Of a stretch of 64,000 nucleotides of DNA, positions 1-13,132 are shown in pieces. Under the pieces are notes generated by a model. It did not search any database. It was not told where the DNA came from and was given only the letters and a program-made list of their open reading frames with translations. The position numbers and the translations under genes were made by a program. Source of the DNA: Haliotis rubra (Eukaryota); NCBI RefSeq assembly GCF_003918875.1, contig NW_025765514.1:1488001-1552000 (forward strand), in the 5' to 3' direction. Position 1 is the stretch's first letter. Each line of letters opens with the position of its first letter.

Positions 1-1256
1 GATAAGCCGTGAGTCAGATAATGTTCATAGCTATTTATAAGGTATTACAAATTCCACGTGGAATGCCGTCATCCTCCACGCTGTGTGTGAATTGTCTCAA
101 CATTGGCTGTCATTCAGATCTGATTCCATGACCTTAGTACCATGGTAACATTGATTACAGAATAATCTTCACGTGCCTATTACATTGTCTGTATTTACCA
201 CAAATAACCATGGCGACAAACAGAATATCAGGTTTGCTTTGCATGATCGCCAAAACAATAACATAAACAACTGGTCACAATGTATACATCATCATAACTA
301 TAGAATAAACAAGATATACATTACATACCGGTATAAGCACAGTATTTGTAAAAACTATCACAAATAATCAAACAAGCAGCTTGAAGAAACCATTTGCTAG
401 CACGTAAAAAAAAACATCACATACAGTACAATTAGATGAGAAGTAAGCATAATGTTTAAACTACCCTGAAATAATAAAATAACGATTAAATCATGACACA
501 GTTTATCTGATTAATAATGAACAACAAATCTTGAACAACCAAAACATACAGCCATGCATGCAAGTCTCGTCAAGTATATAGATATATATCACATTTTTGG
601 TATGAGGGTATTCGACTATTCATATTAAACATTGAACGGCATGAAATAAATACATAAGCAATTATTAAAGCAGGTGATAAGTAAAAAATATTACCTCTGC
701 CATCCTAGCTATGGTATCCATCTAATGCTGTGGGACATATAGAGTTAGGGACGATATGGGCGTCCATACAAGCATTAGTCACCCAGTCTCGGTGTGTCAT
801 GCCCAAATTTCCCTAAACATTGCCCATAAACAGGATGTCAACAATGGCTCGCAATGCACGTGGCATGGAATGACCCATGGAATTGAGAATGTCTTGGTTT
901 GAAAATTACTCACCACTTTGATTCAGGAGTAGGGAACGAAGATGCAGGAGTAAATATAATTATTGGTTCTGCTTGAGTGTAGTGTATGACCTTCTTTTAC
1001 CTGTATGACTAAGTCATTCATGATAGTGAGTCACTTCGGCCAACATGACACTGACGAGCCGGCCGCTAAATACAAACATGCCCGCTAGAACGCGGAAAAA
1101 TTAGTTTCAATTTCCCTAAATAAATCAGCATCATGTGTTGGTGTGATTTGAGAAAGGAGAACGGGGGGAAGACGATAAGATGTTAATTGCAAGTCTTTTT
1201 AAAATATTATGGGTGTATTTGTCGTTTATTCAAGTGCGAATCCATGACCTAGTTTG

Positions 1257-1334
1257 TGACGTCATATCACCAGTTTGGTCACGTGGGGTATGGCTCTAGT
1301 GCTGTAAATAGCAGCGTGTTCCCCGAGTATAAAA
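1257..1334 (+). promoter_or_regulatory. Proximal promoter of bZIP gene 1 (CRE, E-box, TATA)
   Basis: TGACGTCA at 1257-1264, GTCACGTG at 1278-1285, TATAAAA at 1328-1334; AP-1 site TGAGTCA upstream at 1027-1033. Confidence 0.75.
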
Positions 1335-1357
1335 CCGCAGGCCGCGTCGGCTGGTGT

Positions 1358-1507
1358 CTAGATTATACTCTTATCCTCGTCCTGTAGCGCATGTCAGCTG
1401 TATTTTATTCAATTTCCTCCATCGTTGTTCTTTCCTTAACAACTGGACTGAATTTACTGTGCTTTCTGTACACGTTTAACACCAGCGAATGTTCTAGAAA
1501 ATAACAG
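1358..1507 (+). other. Non-coding first exon (5' UTR) of bZIP gene 1
   Basis: Begins about 30 nt after the TATA box (start approximate); ends at a perfect donor CAG|GTGAGT; next acceptor at 2735, 2 nt before the ATG. Confidence 0.65.
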
Positions 1508-2509
1508 GTGAGTTTTGTTTATACATGCCACGTGATTTAGCGTAGGCGGTTGGACATAGCTACAGCAGGAATGTCAGTGATGAAATTGTCAACAACATGA
1601 CTTTTACTTATAACTGAATATACTTCATATTTGGTTGACATGGTATTGTGAATACAGTTCGTATAGTGTATTTTGCTACAGCGATAAGCCGTTTCCATTG
1701 AACGCAAACGAAGCGAGTAAAATTGGATTGCGAAATACTACTGAACATTATCCCGCTGTTGTGTTGACTACCATTGTTTAGTGTGTGAAATTGTTATCTG
1801 ATATCATAAACGTATAGATAGCCCAGCTGTGGAGTGCTTCTGTACCGTGTAAGTCGAATACTGGTGTTGCAAAATACAATTTTGAGTTCACATCATAGTC
1901 TCAAATTACGCTCTGGCTGAACCGGCTCATTCATAAGTCGAGTTGTGTCGACGTCAGCATGTCTGATTGCGCAACTCGGCCAGGAAACCCTTTCACCCAC
2001 CCAATTCCAGTCACTGGACCGTGTGTGCTTAGGATGGGGCACCTGTCAGACCACCGTCACGTGCTAGAGCCCCGGGGTCAGAAGGAATGAATCCCCGAAC
2101 CCCGGTACTTGCGTTGCTTGTAGGTTAACACTGGGTCCTTATCGGCTGAGCTCAAAGGGTTTATTCATTTTTCACAACTGTACGTTGTAAACGCGGGCTG
2201 CTTATTTAGTTTATTTACAACTGAGATGTGTTTGGGGTTGTTTTGTTTTTTTATGTCTTTAATATTACAGTTCATTCAGAACACAACCTGGGAGGGGTTG
2301 GGAACCCCTCCCCAGGGTCCTCTTACCCCGTACACCCTTACCTTACCAAATTTCAATGATATATTTCTTTTAGAGACGGTTTAACAAATACGTGAGTGGT
2401 TTTTTTATGTCGTTTTCGGGATTTTGCTGTGGTTTCACTTCGAAGATAACAAGTAGCTATAGAGGCCTTCACACGTGTTATCCAAGTTGTGATTCGAACC
2501 AGGGTGTTA

Positions 2510-2670
2510 GGCAGTGGGGTAGCCTAGTGGTTAAAGCTTTGGCTCGTCACGCTGAAGACCCGGGTTCGATTCCCCACATGGGTACAATATGTGAAGCCCA
2601 TTTTCTGGTGTCCCTCGCCGTGATATTGCTGGAATATTGCTAAAAGCGGCGTAAAACTATACTCACTCAC
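2510..2670 (+). mobile_element. SINE family A (tRNA-Asp-like head) in intron 1 of gene 1
   Basis: A box TAGCCTAGTGG, B box GGTTCGATTCC, tail GCTGGAATATTGCTAAAAGCGGCGTAAAAC + (ACTC)n. Confidence 0.9.
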
Positions 2671-2737
2671 TTAGGCTACCAACTTATCCTATGCAGATTT
2701 GGGGCATTATACATATCTGTTTCTGTTGTCAACAGTT

Positions 2738-3166
2738 ATGAGGGAAACATTGGCGTTTGAGCTGCTGACATCCATCATGAACGACGACTGGCGAGCTGAT
2801 TCTCCCATTCCCTCCACCTCCAACGACACCGTTGAATCCATCGTCAGCTTCGGCCATGAGGAGCTGAGACTTGACACCAGCGAAGTGACCATCGACCCCA
2901 GCTATGAAGAGACGTTACAGAGCTTATACAGTGAAGACGACTCCCAGTCTGACCCTTTGTGGAACCCGAACTCAACATCCGACGCCAGCTCAACATTTGG
3001 GGGAGATAACTCTCTGGACTTCCTGTCACAGGACAGTTTCCTGGATGCGTCTGTTACTGATGTTGTCAAGGGGTCGTTGAAGTCTCGTATTCATGCCAAA
3101 CGACTTGCATCAGGTCAAGAGGAGATCATTGTAGACTTGGAAAGACCAACCTCTCCAAAAGAACCG
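2738..3166 (+). CDS. ATF3/JDP2/Fos-family bZIP transcription factor (gene 1), coding exon 1 of 3
   Basis: Acceptor ttctgttgtcaacag|TTATG; 143 codons MRETLAF...KEP, acidic Ser/Asp-rich, with LKSRIHAKRLASGQEEI motif; donor CCG|GTACGT, phase 0. Confidence 0.85.
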
Positions 3167-3585
3167 GTACGTTTAAATATACATATCCTGAAAATAAGAT
3201 ATGTCCCGACAAGTTCCTTTATGTTCTTTGAATGTATGAAACTACCACCCTGACATTCGATGTCGATGTACTATAGAATTTCAGTAGAGTGGTGCTTTTC
3301 TGAGTTGAGGGGTCAGTAAATCAACAATAGTAGAGAATATTTCAAAAGCAAATATATAATTACGACAAAGAAGCCCCGGCCTGAAAGTAGTATTGCAAAC
3401 TGTCCATATTATTCCTCACGTTTTGATCTTTTGTTTTTGTCTGCGAGGAAGATGATAGCCTTCCACGCGTGTTCTGTCCAACTCATCTAATTTGCAACTC
3501 ATATTATCACTTACTGCTTCTATCAACGTCCTTAGATGTTTCTACCGAGTAAGCTGTTTCCACAATGCAGCCATGTTTGTTTCAG

Positions 3586-3693
3586 CTGACAGAAGAGGCA
3601 CTACAGCTGCACCTGGAGCGGAAGGAGAAAAATAGGGTGGCTGCGCAGAAGTGTCGGAACAAGAAACGGGAGCGCGCAGATCATCTGGAAAAT
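3586..3693 (+). CDS. ATF3/JDP2/Fos-family bZIP (gene 1), basic-region exon
   Basis: tttcag|CTG...AAT|GTAAGT; 108 nt, LTEEALQLHLERKEKNRVAAQKCRNKKRERADHLEN; N-x7-R basic motif; same size and phase as the Fos/ATF3 basic exon. Confidence 0.95.
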
Positions 3694-4084
3694 GTAAGTA
3701 AATGTAGATCCTTTGTTGATGCCATGTGACAAACATTTCTCGCTATTTCAAGGAGGTGGAATCATAATTTGTTTGTGGAAAGTGAATGCGTTTTAATTCT
3801 GTATTATGATTAATAGCTGTATTACGACTATCTATGAATAGTCGAGTCTGGATCTGACAACTTTTTTTTGAAAGCATGACAGGAAAGGGTGCATTGTCAT
3901 AAAGTCATCCAGGAGATGTTACGCCCTGTCAACATTATATTTGTTTGGAAGAGCATAGTGTAGAGTAGGGACCTCAACCACCGTATAATGGATCATTGGA
4001 AGTAGGTATTAGAAGCTTTGTGGATAGGGAACATCCCATTTTTTTGTCAAACGTGACTTTATGGTTTGGTGTATTTGTCAACAG

Positions 4085-4225
4085 GACATTAACCGCCTGG
4101 AGAACAAACAGGACCACCTGAAGGAAGAGATTCAGCGTCTGCAGGACGAGAGAGAACATTTGGAAGAAGTCATCAACATCCACAGTGTCGTCTGCCCAAA
4201 GATCAGGAAGATCTCCGACTCCTAA
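4085..4225 (+). CDS. ATF3/JDP2/Fos-family bZIP (gene 1), leucine-zipper exon with stop
   Basis: caacag|GAC; DINRLENKQDHLKEEIQRLQDEREHLEEVINIHSVVCPKIRKISDS*; heptad leucines followed by the HxxxC motif of Fos/ATF3/BATF proteins. Confidence 0.93.
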   Translation, partial: DINRLENKQDHLKEEIQRLQDEREHLEEVINIHSVVCPKIRKISDS

Positions 4226-5755
4226 GACTCTGAAGGTCAAGGTCATGAACATTTTCAGGCAGTGTCTGATCTAACCTTGTCCCCAACAAGGCGACATGAA
4301 CTATAGCTCAACTGGCAGCACATCTGTGACGCTAGAAACTATATGACGACTCGTATCTATGATAGTTTGTAGTTACCAGGTAACAAGGAAGACAGAAGAT
4401 TGCGTATTCCATAGAAGGAACATTTGGTGGCGAGGTGTCTCTTCTGTGGCTACAGGGGCATAGTCTGCCTTGTAATGGTTGTCACTGGAGACACTAACAG
4501 AACTAACATGGTGTTTAGTACAATAGACGGGTACTCGCCTTGTATTGATGGTTATATATACACCCCTGTGTATTTGACAAGCCAGTAAACAGTACTTAAC
4601 AGGGTTTAGACGATACGCCAAGTACCCAGTACTCTGAGGGGCATTATAGACTGAGGCATGCGTTTATGTAATCTATGTGTCTAGTTTTAGGGTTAAATGC
4701 ATGGGGACATATTGGATTGAAGATATGGATTCTGGATTAATGGCATAGTCAATTCTGGATAAAAGACAGTTCATAGGAATACTGGATTACAGACAAGATA
4801 TAATTAAAGTTAAAGTGTAGAGGAATATAGAAGTGGTTTTATATTCGTTAAAGGTTTAGGAGTTCTGGATGAGAGTCATCAGGTAGAATTACTTCACAAG
4901 ATGCAAAAGACAAAAGTCATTCAGTTGTGTTGCGCCAGTTGCAATAGTCTGAGAAACAGGTTCAAAAAGAAATATGAAGGAAGCCATTTAAGACCTTCAA
5001 GCCTTGTGTAGCCCATGTCTTAATTAGGAGTTATTAATATTTTATATCTTTGTTGATTGAGCGCTCAACTATTACTTCAGTGAAGGTCTTCATGAACGAA
5101 GTAGTGCCTTACTCTGGAAGAGGCAGACCGACAGTTGACCTATGCAAGATTGTGGTGCCATGTTTTTGGTATTTGTTTTTGTATTTTGTGAAACTAGTGT
5201 CAGCTGTAACCAAGAATTTAATAGCATATACCCGTACTCGATCTGTGTAAGACTTGCCAACTGTTTTATCATCATCATTCATCTTATTTCCATTTGAGAA
5301 AGAAATCGTAGTTTTTTTACCCTTTGAAACATTCGTCGGAATCTCTGGGTAATACTCCCTACAAGTGCCGGCCCTGCTGTCCGGAGATGGGGACGAGGGT
5401 GGTATGTCGTCATTACCCGACCCCCGACCCTCGAACCACCCGACAGGTTGAGAACGTGAACGAGATTGAGCGAATCAGTGTGTTTGAAGAATCGCGTGGT
5501 ACGTGACAAGAATGACTCCATGGCTGTTACGACGGTGTCAGAACTTGAAAGATTTAAGAACGAAGAAGAGTAGGCTCAAATAGACTATGAAAGATGTGAG
5601 ATCGACGGTTGTATTTTTTCTATTTATGAATGTATGTTAAGATGGCTTCTCTGTCTGAGCGTGGTGTCACGTAGGTTGAATATGAACGGTGTTATCATTG
5701 TGTTGATGTTGTTATATGTTTGTTTTAAAAATATAAAATTGTTTCTATTATGTTT
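4226..5755 (+). other. Probable long 3' UTR of gene 1
   Basis: Repeat-free sequence after the stop; only a variant poly(A) signal (AATATAAA near 5730) followed by a T/GT-rich tract; end uncertain. Confidence 0.4.
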
Positions 5756-5980
5756 GTTTTCTTGTGTTTATCTATTCTGTATCTACATGTCATTCAACAA
5801 TTTTGTGTGTTGGCTGATACGGACGACGGTACAGATTTGTCCATGATCTATGCGGAAAAGTCCGACCGCAGGCACGAATGCCTTCAACCCTCATTTGGTG
5901 CAGATACTAAAGAATGATGTCATACAGACCCACTGTCAATGTTGCACATATTATATGCACGTATATATATACTATGTACT

Positions 5981-6314
5981 GGTTAGAGCGTCCGCCCGGA
6001 GAGCGGAAGGTCGCGGGTTCGATCCCCGACCGCGTCATACCAAAAGACGTTAAAATATGGTACTGTTGGTCCCTGCCTGGCGCTTGGCATTAATGGGTAC
6101 AACAAGGACTGGTCGGCTCGGAGTCAGTATAATGTGTCTGAGTGGGGTATTCATGCTTCACTGCGGCATGGTATCTCAATGGGCTAGCACTATAAAACCA
6201 GCTTCAGTCTGGGCTAGTACAAGTACCCGCACATAGACATACACACGCATGCGAGTCGTCATATTAGCGATATATTCTCAAGTACGACGTTAAACCCAAT
6301 TCCATCTCACCTCA
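5981..6314 (+). mobile_element. SINE family B (tRNA head, Meta-domain-like body), slightly 5'-truncated
   Basis: Near-identical to 17898-18253; B box GGTTCGATCCC; body CATACCAAAAGACGTTAAAATATGGTAC. Confidence 0.85.
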
Positions 6315-6319
6315 CACAT

Positions 6320-9297
6320 ACTAAGATAATATGCTTTCAACCTCACTCAGAGTGGTACAGGTACTAAGATACATATACTTTCAATCTCATAGAGAGTGGT
6401 ACACATACTAAGATAATATACTTTCAACCTCACTGAGAGTACACATACTAAGATACATATACTTTCAACCTCACTGAGAGTGGTACAGGTACTAAGATAA
6501 TATACTTCCAACCTCACTGAGAGTGGTACAGGTACTAAGATACATGTACTTTCACCCTCACTGAGAGTGGTACAGGTACTAAGATACATATACTTTCAAC
6601 CTCACTCAGAGTGGTACAGGTCCTAAGATACATATGCGTTCAACCTCAGTCAGAGTGGTACACATACTAAGATTCATATACTTTCAAACTCAGTCAGAGT
6701 GGTACATATACGAAGATACATATACTTTCAAACTCACTGAGAGTGGTACAGGTACTAAGATACATATACTTTCAACCTCACGCAGAGTGGTACACATACT
6801 AAGATTAATTTACTTTCAACCTCAGTCAGAGTGGTACACATACTAAGATTCTTATACTTCCAACCTCACTCAGAGTGGTACAGGTACTAAGATACATATA
6901 CTTTCATCCTCAGTCAGAGTGGTACACATACTAAGATTCATTTACTTTCAACCTCACTCAGGGTGGTACCCATACTAAGATACATATACTTTCAACCTCA
7001 CTGAGAGTGGTACACATATACTTTTCTAAGATTCATACTTACTTTCAACCTCACTCAGGGTGGTACACATACTAAGATACATATACTTTCAACCTCACTG
7101 AGAGTGGTACACTGAGAGTGGTACACATACTAAGATACATATACTTTCAACCTCACTCAGAGTGGTACAGGTACTAAGATACATATACTTTCAACCTCAC
7201 TCAGAGTGGTACACATACTAAGATTCATATACTTTCAACCTCACTCAGAGTGGTACACAGGTACTAAGATACATATACTTTCAACCTCACTCAGAGTGGT
7301 ACAGGTACTAAGATACATATACTTTCAACCTCACTCAGAGTGGTACAGATACTAAGATACATATACTTTCAACCTCACTGAGAATGGTACAGGTACTAAG
7401 ATACATATACTTTCAACCTCACTCAGAGTGGTACAGATACTAAGATACATATACTTTCAACCTCACTCAGAATGGTACAGATACTGAGATACATATACTT
7501 TCAACCTCACTCAGAGTGGTACAGATGCTCAGATACATATACTTTCAACCTCACTCAGAGTGGTACAGGTCCTAAGACACATATACTTTCAACCTCAGTC
7601 AGAGTGGTACAGATGCTCAGATACATATACTTTCAACCTCACTCAGAGTGGTACAGGTCCTAAGATACATATACTTTCAACCTCACTCAGAGTGGTACAG
7701 GTACTAAGATACATATACTTTCAACCTCACTCAGAGTGGTACAGGTCCTAAGATACATATACTTTCAACCTCACTCAGAGTGGTACACATACTAAGATAC
7801 ATATACTTTCATCCTCACTCAGAGTGGTACAGGTACTAAGATACATATACTTTCAACCTCACTCAGAGGGGTACAGATACTAAGATAATATACTTTCAAC
7901 CTCACTGAGAATGGTACAGGTACTAAGATACATATACTTTCAACCTCATTCAGAGTGGTACACATACTGAGATACATATACTTTCAACCTCACTCAGAAT
8001 GGTACAGATACTGAGATACATATACTTTCAACCTCACTCAGAGTGGTACAGATGCTCAGATACATATACTTTCAACCTCACTCAGAGTGGTACAGGTCCT
8101 AAGACACATATACTTTCAACCTCACTCAGAGTGGTACAGATGCTCAGATACATATACTTTCAACCTCACTCAGAGTGGTACAGGTCCTAAGACACATATA
8201 CTTTCAACCTCACTCAGAGTGGTACAGATGCTCAGATACATATACTTTCAACCTCACTCAGAGTGGTACAGGTCCTAAGACACATATACTTTCAACCTCA
8301 CTCAGAGTGGTACAGATGCTCAGATACATATACTTTCAACCTCACTCAGAGTGGTACAGGTCCTAAGACACATATACTTTCAACCTCACTCAGAGTGGTA
8401 CACATACTAAGATACATATACTTTCAACCTCACTCAGAGTGGTACATATACTAAGATACATATACTTTCAACCTCACTGAGAATGGTACAGGTCCTCAGA
8501 TACATATACTTTCAACCTCACTGAGAATGGTACATATATGCTAAGACACATATACTTTCAACCTCACTCAGAGTGGTACAGATGCTCAGATACATATACT
8601 TTCAACCTCACTGAGAGTGGTACAGGTCCTCAGATACATATACTTTCAACCTCACTGAGAATGGTACAGGTACTAAGATACATGTACTTTAAACCTCATT
8701 CAGAGTGGTACACATACTGAGATACATATACTTTCAACCTCACTCAGAGTGGTACAGATACTCAGATACATATACTTTCAACCTCACTGAGAGTGGTACA
8801 GGTCCTAAGATACATATACTTTCAACCTCACTCAGAGTGGTACACATACTAAGATACATATACTTTCATCCTCACTCAGAGTGGTACATATACTAAGATA
8901 CATATACTTTCAACCTCACTCAGAGTGGTACACATACTAAGATACATATACTTTCAACCTCACTCAGAGTGGTACATATACTAAGATACATATACTTTCA
9001 ACCTCACTCAGAGTGGTACACATACTAAGACACATATACTTTCAACCTCACTCAGAGTGGTACATATACTAAGATACATATACTTTCAACCTCACTCAGA
9101 GTGGTGCAGGTCCTAAGATACATATACTTTCAACTTCACTCAGAGTGGTACACATACTAAGATACATATACTTTCAACCTCACTCAGAGTGGTACAGGTA
9201 CTAAGATTGATATACTTTCAACCTCACTCAGAGTGGTACAGGTACTAAGATTGATATACTTTCAACCTCACTCAGAGTGGTACAGGTACTAAGATAC
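6320..9297. repeat. 44-bp tandem repeat, about 67 copies
   Basis: Unit TACTTTCAACCTCACTCAGAGTGGTACAGGTACTAAGATACATA; local 88-bp dimer periodicity. Confidence 0.97.
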
Positions 9298-9406
9298 AGA
9301 TATAGATATAGATATATATAGATACACACACACACACACACACCATACAAGCATATACATAAAAACACGGACGACAGTCACACATACACAGACACACACA
9401 CACACA

Positions 9407-9604
9407 TAGTCTGTCTCACAGTCCCTGAACCACATTAATTTCCTTACTGCCAAGCCCCCTTTGCAGTGCTAAAGCCCTAATTAAGGCAAGTCTTGATTTC
9501 CTCAGGTTCTGAATCTCTGGTCTTCCTAGGGCTCCTTTTCAATATAAATGGGCTTGTTTGTTACTATCAAAATTATATATATTCAGAGACTAAGCCTTAG
9601 TCTA
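9407..9604 (-). mobile_element. Non-autonomous DNA element (TAGACT...AGACTA family, subfamily D) inside a (CA)n tract
   Basis: Homologous to 26153-26345 and 58162-58351; ends TAGTCTGT and AGACTAAGCCTTAGTCTA. Confidence 0.75.
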
Positions 9605-9664
9605 ACACACACACACACACACATGGGTATACACACGTTAACATCATTCTCTCAACATTCTCTG

Positions 9665-9742
<78 letters not shown>
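9605..9742. repeat. (CA)n microsatellites
   Basis: Pure CA runs at 9605-9623 and 9674-9742. Confidence 0.95.
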
Positions 9743-9744
<2 letters not shown>

Positions 9745-10489
9745 CTCCATTACACACATTCATTTCAGTAACTGACAGGCCAGTGAGTTATTACTTCAGT
9801 TTCAACGTTATATGAGTTCAAGATTTGTACCTGTTTGTTGATCACATTAACGACAATTGATTCAAAATGCTGGAGGCAAATTATTCTGTACACTCACACC
9901 ACGCTGTCAGAGATCTGATACAAATACTACATTCATACTGGTACAGGTCTTTCGTTCAACACAAGTATGTACCCTTGACAAGGCAACATACTGGGCCGGT
10001 GTCGACACATTCAGCAGGACGACACGTGCCCGCCCTCTCCTTCCCTCTGCCACCTTCCTCATTGTGTAAACTCAACGCTCCGCTGCCTGGTCACAGAAGA
10101 TCCTTCTTATTCGTGACGTCACGGGATCTCGTGACTGTTATTGATCAACAGCTGTTTTGTTATACATAATAGGGGCACTAACTCAGCATATATTCCAGAC
10201 TATCGGTGACTGAACATGGCGGTGAAGTACAAGGTACCACGTGACGGATCTGTGTACATGCAACCAGGCGGGTAATACATATCACACAGGTGTACAGAAA
10301 CTGTAGTATTTTCCTCCTACATTTCGACAAAGGTATATATAAACACGTTTTACATCAGCAGCTGGTAATGATTCATGAAGTAAATAGCTTTCTTTATATT
10401 CAGCCCGATATTCAAACAATATCGGTAGAGTCTACTGCAGTGAGACCATGTTTTCCCGATGGTTATGGTGAAATACCAACATACTAACA

Positions 10490-11470
10490 GACACATACAC
10501 GAAAAGACACAGACGCGTACACAAAAAACGTACACACATTTACACACACACACACACACACACTCACTCAAATACACACATTTACACACACTCACACACA
10601 TTTACACACATAAACAGACCACGTACACACTAAGACACACACAAAACACACACACATACAGACACAACACACACAGACAGAGACAACACACACAGACACA
10701 GCTACACACATACAAACACAGATACACACATACAGACACAACACACACAGACACAGATACACACAGACAGAGACAACATACACAGACACAGATACACACA
10801 TACAGAGACAACACACACAGACACAGATACACACATACAGACACAGATACACACATACAGACACAGATACACACATACAGAGACAACACACACAGACACA
10901 GATACACACATACAAACACAGCACACACAGACACAGATACACACACAGACAACATACACACACACANNNNNNNNNNNNNNNNNNNNNNNNNNNNNNNNNN
11001 NNNNNNNNNNNNNNNNNNNNNNNNNNNNNNNNNNNNNNNNNNNNNNNNNNNNNNNNNNNNNNNNNNNNNNNNNNNNNNNNNNNNNNNNNNNNNNNNNNNN
11101 NNNNNNNNNNNNNNNNNNNNNNNNNNNNNNCATACAGACACAGATACACACATACAGACACAGATACANNNNNNNNNNNNNNNNNNNNNNNNNNNNNNNN
11201 NNNNNNNNNNNNNNNNNNNNNNNNNNNNNNNNNNNNNNNNNNNNNNNNNNNNNNNNNNNNNNNNNNNNNNNNNNNNNNNNNNNNNNNNNNNNNNNNNNNN
11301 NNNNNNNNNNNNNNNNNNNNNNNNNNNNNNNNNNNNNNNNNNNNACACAGACACGCAGGCAGACACACACATCACGTACACACAACACACACATGTACAC
11401 ACATATTCTTACACAAACACCACTTACACACAGATACCAATAAAGTACACACACTCGCGCCCAGACACAC
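10490..11470. repeat. Degenerate CA-rich repeat (20-bp ACACAGATACACACATACAG units) spanning two N gaps
   Basis: Read directly; gaps at 10967-11130 and 11169-11344. Confidence 0.9.
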
Positions 11471-12124
11471 TTGCTAATAAAGAGACCATGTCCACTATAC
11501 CATTCATGTGATTCCTTGTTTTAACGCATTCTGATGACGTTACGCTACTAGTTTCGCGGTTTATACGGAGCTAAAAAATTCAGTTGCCATTGTGTGGGTG
11601 TAAAAGTGACAAATCATAAGGAAATATAAATCATCACATGGTGTAAGTAGGATTTACATCCGTAATGGACAGATTCGCGGTCATTGTGGATTACGACCAT
11701 CTATATACAGAATAATCCAATAATCCAGTAAGTTTACCATTCTACTGAAAGGGATCCCGATACTGTCCCAACTATCAAGATTTAACAGAGTTATTACGAC
11801 GTGCTGTAAGGTATCAGCCTATAACCAAGCTGAAATAACATAAGTCATGAGTCGTGGTATTTGAGGATGATAATCCGTCAACTGGTTGTACCCCGCGGAC
11901 ATCTCTCGTGACGTCATCAGCTACACGTATGTGGTATTCTTGGTACTAGAAGAAATAATTATGTGTCATATTTTGTTGACTGATTTATTAATGTCATTTT
12001 CCTGATGAGGAAAACGTTAATGTCATGATCAGTAATTAATCCTGGAACTGTAAACGTAGTAATTCATTTCGTAGACATGCCGTTGCGTCGAAATTTTATG
12101 TGACAAAAATTACTCTTATTTCGA

Positions 12125-13094
12125 GGGGCGGTTGGGTAGCCTGGTGGTTAAAGCGTTTGCTCGTTACGCCGAAGACCCAGGTTCGATTCCCCACATGTGT
12201 ACAATGCCGTGATATTGCTGGAATATTGCTAAAAGCGGCGTAAACCCAAACTCAGTAAGTCAGTCAGTCTGGTGTCCCCCGCCGTGATATTGCTGGAATA
12301 TTGCTAAAAGCGGCGTAAACCCAAACTCAGTAAGTCAGTCAGTCTGGTGTCCCACGCCGTGATATTGCTGGAATATTGCTAAAAGCGGCGTAAACCCAAA
12401 CTCAGTAAGTCAGTCAGTCTGGTGTCCCCCGCCGTGATATTGCTGGAATATTGCTAAAAGCGGCGTAAACCCAAACTCAGTAAGTCAGTCAGTCTGGTGT
12501 CCCCGCCGTGATATTGCTGGAATATTGCTAAAAGCGGCGTAAACCCAAACTCAGTAAGTCAGTCAGTCTGGTGTCCCCGCCGTGATATTGCTGGAATATT
12601 GCTAAAAGCGGCGTAAACCCAAACTCAGTAAGTCAGTCAGTCTGGTGTCCCCCGCCGTGATATTGCTGGAATATTGCTAAAAGCGGCGTAAACCCAAACT
12701 CAGTAAATCAGTCAGTCTGGTGTCCCCCGCCGTGATATTGCTGGAATATTGCTAAAAGCGGCGTAAACCCAAACTCAGTAAGTCAGTCAGTCTGGTGTCC
12801 CACGCCGTGATATTGCTGGAATATTGCTAAAAGCGGCGTAAAACACAACTCACTCACTCTTTAGCTTCTTTTAAGTAATATATGCTGTTATATGTGATAT
12901 ATGTACAAACAAACAGTCTGATATTATCATCATAGTTATATTACTTAGATAACATGACCTATCAGACACTATTCCCCAGCTGAGTACTTGCTGTAATCGT
13001 CACCTGTGATCATAGTGACCTCCATATTGACCAGGACACAAGTAACGTAAAAGCATTGCCTAAAAGCGGCGTAAAACCATACCCACTCACTCAC
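12125..13094 (+). mobile_element. Composite SINE A insertion: head, 9 tandem tail copies, captured ~185 bp, extra tail
   Basis: 14-bp TSD TACTCTTATTTCGA at 12111-12124 and 13095-13108; 74-75-bp units at 12206-12858. Confidence 0.85.
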
Positions 13095-13132
13095 TACTCT
13101 TATTTCGAAGTAAAAGCTCGGTTCTTTCTTTT

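Noticed and set aside
2699-3253. 184-aa single-exon ORF as listed
   Set aside because: The TTG start lies in intron 1 and the C-terminal part reads through the donor at 3167; the real exon is 2738-3166
10459-11511. His/Thr-rich and Cys/Val-rich ORFs
   Set aside because: CA microsatellite and N gaps
11531-12035. Hammerhead ribozyme cores (CTGATGA at 11531 and 12002)
   Set aside because: No stem II plus GAAA and no closing stems on the same strand
12206-12858. CRISPR-like regular array
   Set aside because: Units are identical with no unique spacers, derive from a SINE tail, and the context is eukaryotic
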